Counted from the stretch's first letter, positions 13,363 through 26,511 are shown. The stretch is DNA of 64,000 nucleotides from Adineta vaga (GCA_021613535.1 CP075494.1:2294001-2358000); one strand, 5' to 3'. Made by a program: numbers and translations. Notes: generated from the letters alone by a model not told the origin.

Positions 13363-13822
13363 GCGTACGTTTGTTAGATCTTGTCGGATTCATATTCAAT
13401 GTTGATGGATAGAGTGCATACCAGATATTGGATGCTTTTGGTGGTGTTGCACCCCATTTAGTTAATTAAATATCAATTTCATTAATATAATCGACACCGT
13501 CATAAGTAAACAAGCCTAAGACTACATTTGGATCAAATTTATTAATTGCACCTTCTACAAACCATCGAAAAGTTCCAAAACCAAACTTGACTTTACTACC
13601 AAGTTCAGCACATGTCCATCTACGTGTTGTTTAGTCCTTTTGATGAAGAATAAACCAAAATGACATATATATTCTCTTTAGTTGATCAATTCAATATTTA
13701 CCAGGTGTAGTATTTTTGAGTGTACTTGAAATCCATTCATATCCTGCCCACTGAATCGTATTTTGAACGCTGTTCTTCATCATTGGAAGAAGAAATAACA
13801 CAATCGTCGATATCGCCCGCAT
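13363..13822 (-). pseudogene. Secreted glycoside hydrolase family 16 pseudogene (bacterial type), 3'-truncated
   Basis: Signal peptide MRAISTIVLFLLP, TIQWAGYEW, WTCAELGSKVKFGFGTFRWFVEGAINKFDPNVVLGLFTY and the catalytic motif NEIDI* (second Glu replaced by TAA at 13468-13466). One intron near 13700. Confidence 0.75.
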
Positions 13823-14172
13823 ATTGACGCGAATATTTTATACTTCGACGTTTTTAAAAAAAATTTCATCAAAAAGTATCAAATAAGAATTAAAATATAA
13901 AAATTCCCATACATATTTGTGTGACTATGAAAAATTTTACACGAAACTTGTAATTTGAATCAAAGATAATTTTTTGCTTCTATATTTTCCAAAAAAACCA
14001 CCATCAATCTGTATATATTATACAGTATGGGAAATTTTCTTTTCCTTATATAAACAATACTATGTCTGATAGATGCTAGGATAATTACTAAAGTTTAGTA
14101 TTGTATCTGAAGCAGTAAGAAAATCTTCTTGTCTACATAAAATGTAGATTTTTAAGAGAGGATCCATGCAAA

Positions 14173-14242
14173 ATCCTTAGGGTATGGATGTGTGTTGGAG
14201 TATCAAAGTCGGTTCATACCCACACCCACACCCTCAAGATGG
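14173..14242. repeat. Telomeric-repeat inverted element copy
   Basis: ATCCTTAGGGTATGGATGTGTG-core-CATACCCACACCCACACCCTCAAGATGG (right arm is the full consensus). Confidence 0.9.
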
Positions 14243-14860
14243 TATTTATTCATTTTAATATTATATCTAAACTTTCTCTTAGTTTGTTTTTTCATATTTC
14301 ACTACGAATTGTCATCAAGCCACCCATCTTCATGATTTTTTTATCAGAAGATCCGCCGTGAAACACTGTACAAAAACTGTATCGATTCTTTATAGAAGGG
14401 ATGACCTTAAGAATTGTGTATGACTTTTATTTTTCAGATATTTCTTATTTTTTCTTCTGTATTTCAAGGATATTTAAAGAAAAAGTAGTTAATTGTAGTT
14501 CTAGTGTTTCCTTCTGTAATTTTCAATCTCATAAAAGTAATTATTATCGTTAAATATTCCTGTTGCTACGACTAATAATAACATATTCCATATAAACAAA
14601 TCGAATATCTTGAAAATATTTTCTAGTTTAAAATTTTAATTTTTTTTAAAATCAGCGCTGTTGTCAGGACTAGTTTATTCTTTCTGTATTTTTATTCATT
14701 ACTGGAATATTCATCTCAAAAAGTAAAATAAAAATATATGATACAATCATTTGCAATTTTGCTTCAATCGTATTGTATTTCATGATTGTTTTCTATGAGA
14801 AATCTTAAACCTGATTGAGTTTCACATATATGTAGTACTGGAATATTAAATAGAAGCAAT

Positions 14861-14921
14861 GATAGGGTGTGGGTTTGAATATCTTGTCTTCATCTTCACT
14901 CGCACCTACCCACACCCTTCA
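14861..14921. repeat. Telomeric-repeat inverted element copy
   Basis: AGGGTGTGGG-...GTCTTCATCTTCAC...-CCTACCCACACCCTTCA. Confidence 0.8.
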
Positions 14922-15780
14922 TGCATGTATACTCTTCTAGAATTGAGAAATCCTATTTGTTGGGCTCTCAAACAGAAAAACGGTGTCTTATTCACGTGCG
15001 CATGAAACTTAATTCCTACTGATGAATATGTTAGATCAATCAGATACTAGACAAACTGATCAGCACTTTTTGTTTTCTATACTCATTCTTTCAGCATTGA
15101 AAGCAACAGTATGTTGTTTGATTTTTTGCAAGAGAGTTCGTTTCGTTGAGAAGTTTATTTTTTATTTTCGATGTAGAAATATAAAGAAAAGAAGTTTATT
15201 TTGTGCGCAATAACATACTTAAAAAGTACTTTTCATTGCATGACCAAAACTTGCCTGTTCTGTTCGTATTCAAATATAGCAATAACATCAGTAGCACTAA
15301 AACATCTAGAAGTCCTATCCAATTTTCTTTACATTTATTTATTTTCTTTTTTATATTAACTACGACAAGACTTCACAGTCAATACGTACATGATAAAGTG
15401 CATTTTTACAGGTTCTTCGATACCCCTGAAAAATATTATAAAAAAGAAAATGCAGCGTTACATTGAAATTCTACTCGCATCATACACAGAACCGAGCAGT
15501 TGAAAGTCACGCCGTAAAAACGTGGCCGCTCAAATGTGAGTTGTCTCTGATGCTGGACTTTACAAAACGTTGGTAGAGTCGAAAAGATGATGAATATAAG
15601 AGAAGAACATTTGCTTTGGTACATGCTATGAGTGCATGAAAAGTGCTATTACATTTTCAACCTCATCATCGTTTCTTTTTCATCCTGCCTCAGAGCGTGA
15701 GTGACACGGTAGTTTATACATTAAGCATTACGAAACTCTCAGCAATCATACATTGTGCAGCTGCATCTCAAGACGTTTAC

Positions 15781-15802
15781 ATTTTGAGGGTGTGGGTGTG
15801 GT
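15781..15802. repeat. Single G-rich arm of the inverted element
   Basis: ATTTTGAGGGTGTGGGTGTGGT. Confidence 0.75.
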
Positions 15803-16513
15803 ATATTTTTAAAGCTCCAGAAATAGAAGAAATAGAAACATTTTTTTTTCATAAAAATGAAAAATCAGTTGTTCTATAACTCGTACTTTATATTGCCGTA
15901 GGTAATTTAAGAATTTATAAAGTTCTATCAGAAGTCATTATTTATAGTCATGTTTATATTAATAGAGTCAAACTGCGCTACAAACTCCATTGATGCATTC
16001 AAAGCTATCTCAACAGGATGGATCATTTAATGGTTCACCAACACGATATTCTCCTGAGTCGAAGGCATCTGTTAGTTCATCAACTACCCCACGCGCAATC
16101 GACATCAACATGAATGACTTGATTGAAATGCCAAGTAAAAGGTATGTATAATGAATGCAAGCCCTTGTACGTTAAATCATGATAAAAGATGCTTAAAAAG
16201 TGCGGGGGCACTGTTAAGGTGTTTTGATGCGTATGAAGTTTTCGCGGTCGAGCAGTTCGATTGCAGAGGTAGTTCGCTGAAATTCCCTAGTTCAGTTTTA
16301 CATAGTTCATCTATTGTGTTAAACAAAGTATAATTCTATCTCGAATCAAAAAGCTACATCAGAATAGCATGAGTCCTATCTCTAGATGTAACCTTCACTT
16401 ATGTCCTATTCTTCAAAATTTTACAAACATCTTAACACCTGATGGGCACTTTTTCTGCACTTTGCAGTCTTATTTAATGCACAGATGCTACACTACGAAA
16501 TTTTGATAGGTCA

Positions 16514-17875
16514 ATGGGTTTACTGCCCCTAATTCTAATGGTACTGTGTATAATAGCAATCGTTTCGGCAAGTATTATTGTACCACTACTAGTTCTTAAG
16601 CTGGCTAATACAGAATCAACGACAGTCACGTTAATATCAACGACAGCAACGACTACGTCCATAACAACTGCAACGACAACAACCGCGACAACTACCACAA
16701 CAACTACAACTACAACAACAACAGCACGTAAGAAAGCATTCGCATTTTTATTCGCGTTCACGCATGAGGGTGTGGGTGTGGGTATTCTAATCGTCTCCAC
16801 CACAAACGTACCCACACTCACATCCTATATGATTCATTGTTATATTTTAGCTTATTACCATCCTGGTGGTATGCATTCTCAACAGCAAATCGACTTTATA
16901 AAGTTGAAAGTTGTTCAACAGGAGCAACCATACTATAATGCATATCTTCAATTGATCAAAAGTGCCAATGCGGCATTCAAGCATAATACGAATGCTGTGG
17001 CTGATTATTCAATTCCTCGTAATTATTTAAATGCAACGGCGCATTATCTAAGTTCACGTGTACTTCAGACGGATTCATTCGATGCATATGCATGTGCTCT
17101 AGCGTATCACCTAAGTGGTGGCCAAACTGCATATGCCAATCACTCATTACGATTTGTGCAAGCATGGGCTGATGTGAATACGAAGTATTCTGATTCTGAC
17201 GGTAGCCTTGTCATGGCTTATTCGGGAACCGGAATGATCATTGCTGGTGAACTACTTTACAATTATAATGGTTGGAACTCTACTGATAGAGAAAAATATT
17301 TTCAATGGGTAAGAAATGTCTATTTGAACGCGTCGAATACTATCAGATCCCGGACAAATAATTGGGCGGATTGGGGACGATTCGGTTCGATTTTATCTGC
17401 TCATTTATTGGATAATTCTCAAGCAATAGCAGAAAACATTGGTTTAATTAAAAGTGATCTTTTTCATAAAATTGCTCAAGATGGTCATATGCCAGAAGAG
17501 ACGCAAAGAGGAGATAATGGAATATGGTATACGTACTTTTCTTTAGCACCAATAACAGCTGCATGTTGGGTAACTTATCAGACGACGCAAGAAAATCTAT
17601 TTACGAATTTCTCACAAGGTAATGCTTCGATTAAGCTAGCGCTTGATTATCTCTATTACTACAATATGAATTCTGGCCAGTGGCCTTGGTATGCAAATCC
17701 TAATAAAGGATCAGCATCATCATGGCCAGGTAATTTATTGGAAGCTATGGCATCTATCTATGGAGATAGCAACTATGTTAGCTATGTTCAATCGTCAAGA
17801 CCTATAATGTATTCAACACATCATTTTGCTTGGACATTTCCAACATTAATGAAAACTCAATTGGGCACATATTGA
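16514..17875 (+). CDS. Alginate lyase family (alpha/alpha toroid) protein with signal anchor and Thr-rich linker
   Basis: NNWADWG, MPEETQRGDNGIWYTYFSL and HHFAW motifs of bacterial Alginate_lyase-family proteins. A 123-bp in-frame intron 16728-16850 (GTAAG...TTTTAG) is read through in the ORF track. A short upstream exon is possible. Confidence 0.8.
   Translation: MGLLPLILMVLCIIAIVSASIIVPLLVLKLANTESTTVTLISTTATTTSITTATTTTATTTTTTTTTTTTARKKAFAFLFAFTHEGVGVGILIVSTTNVPTLTSYMIHCYILAYYHPGGMHSQQQIDFIKLKVVQQEQPYYNAYLQLIKSANAAFKHNTNAVADYSIPRNYLNATAHYLSSRVLQTDSFDAYACALAYHLSGGQTAYANHSLRFVQAWADVNTKYSDSDGSLVMAYSGTGMIIAGELLYNYNGWNSTDREKYFQWVRNVYLNASNTIRSRTNNWADWGRFGSILSAHLLDNSQAIAENIGLIKSDLFHKIAQDGHMPEETQRGDNGIWYTYFSLAPITAACWVTYQTTQENLFTNFSQGNASIKLALDYLYYYNMNSGQWPWYANPNKGSASSWPGNLLEAMASIYGDSNYVSYVQSSRPIMYSTHHFAWTFPTLMKTQLGTY
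16765..16826. repeat. Telomeric-repeat inverted element copy (intronic)
   Basis: TGAGGGTGTGGGTGTGGGT-core-ACCCACACTCACATCCT, within intron 16728-16850. Confidence 0.85.
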
Positions 17876-17991
17876 AATCTATGACGTTAAATCAAAAGAG
17901 AAAAACTAACATATTCAATGGTTTACGAATTCGCTTAGATTTACATAAATTTCATCGTTTTTATCTCTTTGATGATGATTTATGGTAACTT

Positions 17992-20900
17992 TTATTGATT
18001 AATATTTTCTACACGACGAAATGGTCTTTTAATGAAAATAGTCAGTTGAATTAATAGAGGTACGACAATCGTTTGAATGATAATCGTTAGACCACCATAG
18101 AGTCCGAGAAGATTTTTAATGATTTCACTAATAGGAACTGATTCGAGGTAAGAATATGAACAGAATGATGGTGCACAAACTTTGTAATATCGTTCATATG
18201 AGATATTCATTGACCATTGTTCAATGAAAAGATTTTTGAGAATTTCTTCAAATTTCATATCCGAACGAAATCGACTTGCTGTTGAAATGTTTAATATTGT
18301 CGATGAAGCATCGATGTAATAACTGTTGATTTCAGTCATTATTAAGAAACATGTTTCATTATAAAAGCATTCTAAGGATGATTGAAGTAATGCTTCAAGA
18401 GGATAACAACCAGTCATTAAACCCAATATTATATCATCATTCCAATCAATCATCGATTTTGTACAATACTTTGATAATCCACAATCACAATTATCATAAC
18501 GAACAGGTACCATCATTGCTGTTATACCTTGTGAATCATTAATTTGTGAAGTTTGATTAATTTGTAAAAACTTCCAATTATTACGCGAAATCGTCGCCAA
18601 TTGATTAACATGAGTTATTTCACGAAGTAAATCTAGTATTCTCAATATTGATAATGGTAATTCGATTTTAAACTGTTCAATTTTATCTTGAATGAGATTT
18701 TGAAAATTATTTACTGATGGATTTGGCGATGTTTCAACGAGAGAAGTAGCAAGAAAATCTATTAATTTTGTATGAACAGTTTTTTGTGCTGATTGACAGA
18801 ATTCATTGATCAATTGAAAATAACCAGGAATAACATCTGAAAATGTACTTGGATCTCCGACTACTGGTGTTCGTTTTGGTATATATTCATTCAACCATTC
18901 ATAGGTTAAAAATTCTTTTGAACATATCTGATGATAATGAGTGACGGAGAGATTAATAAATGAATTATAAGAAATTGATGCTTGTGAACATGGACAATGA
19001 AGAGATTCATTTGGATAACGATGAATTAAATCGAAATAAATTTCAAATGTTGGTTCTTTGGCTATTTCTATCACTTGTTGATACTTTCGGAAAGCATACG
19101 AGAAATACAAACCAATGACAGACATTATAATTAAGATAACATTTAATCGTGTTGATAAACGACGTTGATCAGTAAAACCTATAAACCATGTTTTGATTAT
19201 TCCTCGTGGAAATTGTCTTTGAAATTTCTTTAACGCTAATAATATAATTGTTAATAGAATCTTGAAAAGAGTTGCTAATCCTCCAATTAGTGCAATGATT
19301 GTTATTAGAATAAAAAGAAAATCAGGACGTTGCACGATTTGATAAGTACATGATGAAGGAGCACAGGTTTCGTAATATTTCGTAAATGAAATTTCAGAAA
19401 TCCATTGATCAACAAATGAACGATCAGAAATTGTTTGAAGAGTTTCATTGATTTGACTTGTATTCCAAATATCAAGTGGATTTAATGAAAAATTTTTCGA
19501 ATTATATACAACATATGTAAATAATTCATCAATAAATGATTTATTGTAGAATATTTCCAGATTTGATTGCATTAGTGAAGTAACAGGTGAACAAGCAATC
19601 ACAAATCCATCAATATTTAATAGTCGAACGTTACTATCGAGTAACAATAATGTTTCACCACAATATGCTGATAGAGCACATGTACAAGAATCGAAAGTAT
19701 AAGGATCTGGTAAATAGAAATTAAAATAGAGATAAACATCATTAAATATTGTGCTATGCCATTGAAAATTATATGAATCTGAAAGTAACATATTTCCTTG
19801 CATATTAGCTCGAAAGAGATTGATTGTTTGTAGAACATCGTATGTTGTGCCATTACGCCATTGTTCAATTAATGTTGTCAATTGAATGTTGAGAAGGTCT
19901 TTTGAAAGAACTTCTGTTCTTACGATTTGTCGACGAAGAAATCTTTCAAGAGAACTCGAAATTGTTGTATTGACTGTTTCACAGAAAATCTTGAGAAGTT
20001 GAAATAATCCAGTACCCATGTAAAACATATCGGATACTTCGAACGGTGGTGGTCGATAATTTTCACGTAAAAGATCAATCCATCCCGTAGAAACAAGATC
20101 ACTGGAACAAACTTGATGAAAGATTGGACGAATATGAAGAAATTTATTATAATCAATTGACATTTGGGAACATTGGCAATGCAATGACGATGAATATAAT
20201 GATTCAATTTGAGTATAGATCGATTCCGATGGATGGTTCACTGTTTTCGTGAGAATTCGTTCCGTAAGTGATGTATAAAAGAGAAGAATACCCAATGTAG
20301 CAATCATTAAGAGAATGTAAGTTCGAGTTATAATTCGTTGATGATAAATCTGGTGTTCTTCAACATTTTCATTCGATTTTTCAAACAAATTGAATTCTTT
20401 AAGAATTTTAAAAACTAATTTCACAATTACACGTGATTTTTCACTTCCTATTTAGAAAGAAGAAAAAAACGTTCATTAGAAAATATTTTTCATAAAACGA
20501 TATTTACTTGTTGGAGCAGGTTGTACTACGATTTCTCTCGTTCGATTACGACGTGAATATAAATATTGAACAATTCGAATCATACCTAACATAACAATAC
20601 GTAAAACAAGACACAAACCACTAAGTAAACCAATCAATTCAATCGCAATGTAAGAAATTGTTTGATGAACCGGTGCGAAATATGTACATGATTTTGGTGC
20701 ACATTTCTCATAATAATTTTCGTATGTTATATTAAAATTCCAATTTTCGATCATTAATTCACGAGCAATTGTTTCGATCTTTGTCTTGGGATGAAAACGA
20801 TTCGATTCTGTTGAAATCATGACACTATAATTCGGTGTTATTGACATATATGATAAAATTCTATTAATACAAGTTTGATTAAAGAAACATTCTAATGTAG

Positions 20901-21780
20901 AATAGAGACATGTCTCAACTGGCATACATCGAAGTTTTAAGCCTGGAATCGGAAATGATACATTGAATTGTGAATTGTTGAGTGCAAGTATTTCTACATA
21001 AGCTGATTCACAAGATGGAGATACTGTACAATTACAATAAGATTCATCTTCTTGTTTTAAACTAATTGTATCAATTTCAATGAGCATATATTGATTTATT
21101 GGAAAAAATACTTTTGGTATCATAGAAGTATGCAGACTATTGATAAGAAAAGAACCACTAATCAATTGACTGATAATGTAAATTCGTGTTTGAAATAATT
21201 GCAATTCATTTGTTTGAAGATAATTTATATCAGAATGAATTCTTTCCAGAAAATTCGATCGAGACAAAAGATTAAAAGTAACGAATGATGTGGAATAAAA
21301 GGATGTAAGAATATCATTGACTTGTTTTTCAGATAAACGACAGAGCATTGACAAGGTTTGAAAGAAAGTAAAACCAATACTTCGAAAATCATCGTTTGAA
21401 AATGAACCTTGTTGATGACCAAAATAAAATTGTGCAATCCATGAATCAGAAACAAATGAACTTGAACACACTTGATGATAGGATGGTTTACTGGAAAGGA
21501 AAGTATTGTAGGATATTGAATATTCTGTACAAGGACAGAGACTATCCAAAGGAAATGATTCATATTCAGATAAAGATTGAAATCCAATGTTGATTTGTTC
21601 GAGATCACGAGAAATTGACCAAATAAGAGTAAGAATAAAAAGAATGAAAAAAAGAAGAAGAAAATAGACACGAGTAGCAATGGTATTAATGCGTTTTTCA
21701 AATGCACTTTCTTCAGAATTACTCGAAATCGATTGAGAAAATATATCAAATTTGATAAAGTTTTGCTTCACTTTTTCCAT
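17992..21780 (-). CDS. ~1240-aa membrane protein with three tandem TM-Cys-rich ectodomain-TM repeats
   Basis: Intron 20507-20448 joins the two ORFs in frame. The motifs CxC..HQ(V/I)CS, CxC, LE(C/I)F, W..YY..CAP..C(T/S)Y and GL.GGL each recur three times. Confidence 0.8.
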
Positions 21781-22034
21781 TCTTGTTGACAACTGTTAGA
21801 TAAAAACGTTTCCTTCATCGTTATCCAGGTGATAATTTGTTTGAATTTTATTTTGAACACCATATGCTTTATGAGCTTTTTTAAGTGTTATAACTCAAAT
21901 GAAAATTCAATTATTCTTCTCATTTGAACTTTTAACTAAATTAATAGAACAAACATTTACGTACTTTAATTTATCAAAACAGTGGAATAATGTTATATAG
22001 ATCTAGTGATAATTCCAAGGGGATAACAAAACTT

Positions 22035-22063
22035 CATCTTGACGATGTGGGTGACCCACACTC
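22035..22063. repeat. Minimal inverted element copy (almost no core)
   Basis: CATCTTGACGATGTGGGT-G-ACCCACACTC. Confidence 0.65.
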
Positions 22064-22201
22064 GACACTTTACTTATTAACTAATTTTCAATGATTTTAT
22101 TCATCGAGGTTAAATACATAAAAGGATAGTCATTTTTCATTAAAATATTTAAAAGAAATATTACAATAGAAAATAAGTCATGTCTTATTTTGATGAAGTA
22201 T

Positions 22202-23185
22202 TCATTGTATACACCGAATTTTCATTGACATAGTATTCATTTCAACTTGTTCTCTTGTCACAGTTGCAATACGATTATTTCGTTGATTTCGATTGCAACA
22301 AAATAAAACTAATCGTCTGAAATCTTGACGATATGATGATGCTGAAATGAGATATATGTAAAAATTCGATCCATAACTAGCATATAAAATGATAGTTCCA
22401 ATATCAGCAGCTAATGTTTCTTGTGCTATTCGAAAAGATGTTTTAACTATTGATGAAGAGAGAGTTTGATAAATATTGATTGTTGCAAATGGAATTACTG
22501 GAATAAGAATCGCGAAAATTTGTAAGAGAATCATTGAAGTTAAATTTCGTTGAAATGTATCACGTAATTGAACAGCAGTTATTGATTTAATGTTACGATA
22601 AGTCAGTAAACCAGTAACAACCAATATTGTACCAGGGATTATGCTAAACAACACAGGTCGAAGAAAATAATTTGCATAAAGAATAAAACCTGGACTAGTG
22701 AATATACATTGTGTTGTTGTTTTCTCAATAATTGTAAAATAAATTAAATATGGAACATTTATTCCGATAGTTATTAAGATTGTTATAATAACAGCAATCT
22801 TTGCTGTTTTCAATGTACTTCGATTGCGCCATGCAGCATTTCGACATGTCATTAAATATCGATCGATCGATGCAAAACATATGAATGTGATAGAAGGCAA
22901 TGTACCTAAGTACGAAAAAAATAGACGACTTTTACACCAGAATATATTTATTGATGATGGATCGATATTAAAAGCTAAAGTTAATACTCGCGGTAAAAGA
23001 CCAGTTGAAAGAGCTATTAGATTGAAAAACGATGACATAAGTAAGAAAAATGAACATGATGTTGATCGAGTTGGATATAAAATACAAATATTAATAAGAT
23101 TTCCAATGATGCCAAAACTGAAGATAGGTAAACCAACATAAATACTGAATTGAGCTGTAACAAAAGCGAACGTTGTCGAAGACAT
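22202..23185 (-). CDS. Class A GPCR, intronless
   Basis: GIIGNLIN, WCKSR, ASIDRY, NFYIY motifs; 7 TM. Confidence 0.9.
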   Translation of the reverse strand: MSSTTFAFVTAQFSIYVGLPIFSFGIIGNLINICILYPTRSTSCSFFLLMSSFFNLIALSTGLLPRVLTLAFNIDPSSINIFWCKSRLFFSYLGTLPSITFICFASIDRYLMTCRNAAWRNRSTLKTAKIAVIITILITIGINVPYLIYFTIIEKTTTQCIFTSPGFILYANYFLRPVLFSIIPGTILVVTGLLTYRNIKSITAVQLRDTFQRNLTSMILLQIFAILIPVIPFATINIYQTLSSSIVKTSFRIAQETLAADIGTIILYASYGSNFYIYLISASSYRQDFRRLVLFCCNRNQRNNRIATVTREQVEMNTMSMKIRCIQ

Positions 23186-25167
23186 GATAAGTATTTTGAT
23201 GAAAGGCAGATGCAATTTTCTTTCTGTTATGTCTCTTTTTTTATAATCAATTATAAGTCTTTTTTTTAATTGGCGCAGGTGAAAGATTTTACCTCAGGTA
23301 GTAAAGAAATAAGTATGTCACATGCAACTTATTTCATAGGATTAAAAAAAACCTATTGCAACTAGTCTATATGTTGGGCTTTGTGATATAAAGTATAATG
23401 ATAATCAACATCTTCAATCTTTCTTCGAAAGAATTATTTTAGCACTTAAAGGATTCATACACTTTTAAAAAGCATGATTTATCATAAAAATTATTCTTAA
23501 TATGAAGGATATAGGTGAAGATAAGCATATCTTTCATAGCCCAGCTTTGTTTGTAATTATTTCCTTCATTACAAATATTTTCTAATCGATCATTTATATT
23601 ATCATTTGTTGATTCTTAATTTTTAATATGTTTCGAATTTCCTTGACAAGGAAAGCTAATAGATATTTGTTCGCCTGTATTGCCAATCAATACTTCAGAC
23701 ATAGTGCATCGTACTAAATCATCGGCACATAGTATAGGCATGGAAAAAAAAGCAAGGCTAGAATAACATCCAAATACACATCTCTCATTGGAGAACAATT
23801 TTTTTTCAACTTAAATCAAAAGAGAGCAAGGAAAACATGTTTTTTCTTCATATAGAGAAAGATTAATAATTCATTAAAATGAATCTTTTAATAGAAAATC
23901 CAATTTAATCTTCGTATTAGACTGGAATTAATTGAATATTTTTAGAAATTCAATTTTAGTTGGATCAGTTGTATATGATGAAATTCCGTAGCGCTGATTT
24001 TGTCGATATATTGATTTATCACAAAAGAAAAGTAATATAATCATAATCTTAACTTCAGAGTTTATTCCATTCATCTATACAGACTGTGATGATAGAGAAA
24101 ATGACACGTCAAAATTTCACTGTTAAAATATTAGTTGAATTATGATGAATAGTAGCATAGAAAAATAGAGCTTTGTTTTTTCTATTAGTCCTGAATAGAA
24201 AGAAAACTTCATCAAGTTCATTATAGAGTAAAAAATGTCATTGCCACTACTTTAAGATAAGCTCCAAATATTTATGTGAAAAGATTTCTACAGATTACAT
24301 AATGATGATAATACAACACGCAATGGTTATTGAGTGCATGGAAAATACTTTTGTTTATCAATGCAATGACGTACAATGGATTATTTTTAAACTAATATGA
24401 TGACAGTTTATGAGTAAAAACTTTTTGGATATTCGAGTCGTTCGATCGTTTATATAAGAGGTGGTAGATTGCGCGAAAGTATCAACAGATTACATGCAAT
24501 ATTAATCAGTTATCTATTTTCATCTCTGTTACATAATGATGCAAAGGATGTTTTGAAACAACATCAGCTCAAGATTCACACACTACAACAGAATCCAATA
24601 CCGCTTCTTGTACCAGTCGCTGCAGTTGTAATGTTGTCATGCTTCGTAATTTTGGTGTCTTTGATGGTCGTTTATTTCAAATAAATGCAACCGTTAAAAC
24701 TATCGGTAATAACTTGGGTTTTCGATGTAGTCCTACTGGCGATGTTTGTACTATTGGTGTTCGAGTTACTGTTCGTATCGAAAAAGATGAAGACGCTGAT
24801 GATAAAGATTATCAAGATACTAGCTCTCCAACAAATTGATCGTCTAGATCAACATAGCGTGGTGTTAATAATAATAATAATAATATAACTACTATAGGAC
24901 AATAACTAGTACTACTTATAAGTGTGATAACAATAAGTTATAAAACGCTTCTTTATTGAACATTTTGTTTATTTTCAATAGTATGTGTCTTGGCAAATAA
25001 CGTCTAATTCGAATGTATCACGTCGAAACTTTATCAAACGAGAAACGATCGAATATCTTTGTTTTTTGTTCTAAAAGAAAAAACCATGTGTATCTTCACT
25101 GTTGATCTTGCCTCTAACGTCATTAACTCACCTTTCTATCGGCGATAAAACAACTATAAAGATATTT

Positions 25168-26511
25168 TTATTGAATATTCTTTAGTATTCTTCGCCATTT
25201 TTCATGTAATGTTTCTGTCAAATTTTGATTATAGATTTTCATTTTCGTACTAATTTCATCAAGATTTGTATTGATTAACTTTTGAGCTAAATCTTCTGTC
25301 GAATCGAAGTATGTTATGTGTGGCCATTGATAAAAATCGGAAAATTTCAACCAATAACGAATTGCATTGATATCAAATTCATTATTTGGATCAGGAATAT
25401 CCGATGATAGAACACCGGATATAACTGAAGAATTTTTTAAATTTCCCGAGATACCATCCCATGTTCGTTCACCAACAACACGATATTTAAAATGCCATTC
25501 AGTTAAAAGATCCAATGATGGGAAAAATAACGGCATATTCATTCGATATTGTTCAAATAAACTCATTAAAGATACTTGATATGGAACATAGATCATTCCG
25601 GGATGTTGAGAAAGTTCATAATAAGCATAACGACCGTTATAATGTTCACGCAAATGAGCAACTTTAATTGAACTTTGCAAGCCTTCTAAAGAATTTGTTA
25701 AATTTTTTTTAAATTGTATACTAAAACTCTTGTTATGCATTTGTGCAATAAGAAATGGTTTTTCAAGCTTTGGGGAATAAAATACTTTGGTATAAGCACA
25801 TAAAGATGGTAAAACTATCGTTTTTATTCCAGTAAAATATCGAATATATTCCGCATCATATAAATTATTTCCAGCTATAACATTTCTAAGTATAAAATAA
25901 CAAATATATTCGAGTAAATCTTATGAAATTTCAAATAATTACTTTGGATTTGAAGCAATTATTTGTAGATTTTTGTTTAAATTTTGCCAATCTTCTTTTC
26001 CATGTCTTCCTAATTCATATCGAGTTGAACTGATAATAATAATTGTTCGATTAAATGGCATAAATAATTCACACATTGCAGTCGAATGAAAACACATAAA
26101 GATTTTTACTTGATTCATTTCCGAATCATTTTTATAAACTTCATAAAATTGTTTTCGTTCATTGAGACTTGGTGCTATTCCATTCCGTCGATTTAATACT
26201 TTTAAATCTTTTGCACAACTATCCGTATGTTTACAAGCACTTGATAGACTTTTTTCAATGAAATGAACATTGAATGTGGAAAATTGATCTTTAATATCAT
26301 AAATTGGACTAAAGAAATGCAAAATTTTCTGTTAAACTTTCACTTTTTTTTCTTTTCTTCTATACCTTATATGAAAATCGTTTGTCCATATAACAGTCTT
26401 ATTATAGAAAATTATTAAAGGCCGTTGTGATTGTTTCAAACTGTTTGACAGATATAAAATCAGTAGAAGATTTCCAAAAAAGAAAACTGTAAAAACAACT
26501 TTGTTAACCAT
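25168..26511 (-). CDS. Uncharacterised type II membrane protein, putative glycosyltransferase-like (3 exons)
   Basis: N-terminal anchor MVNKVVFTVFFFGNLLLILYL, then WTNDFHI/SPIYD, STRYELGR, HPGMIYVPYQVSLMSLFEQYRMNMPLFFPS, YWLKFSDFYQWPHI. Two short introns (~26365-26312, ~25941-25887). Confidence 0.6.

Noticed and set aside
16474-16821. Poly-Val ORF on the minus strand
   Set aside because: Antisense shadow of the Thr-rich linker of the lyase gene
24490-24888. Possible small Cys-containing secreted gene
   Set aside because: In-frame stops upstream and no recognisable family; may be a decayed gene but cannot be supported
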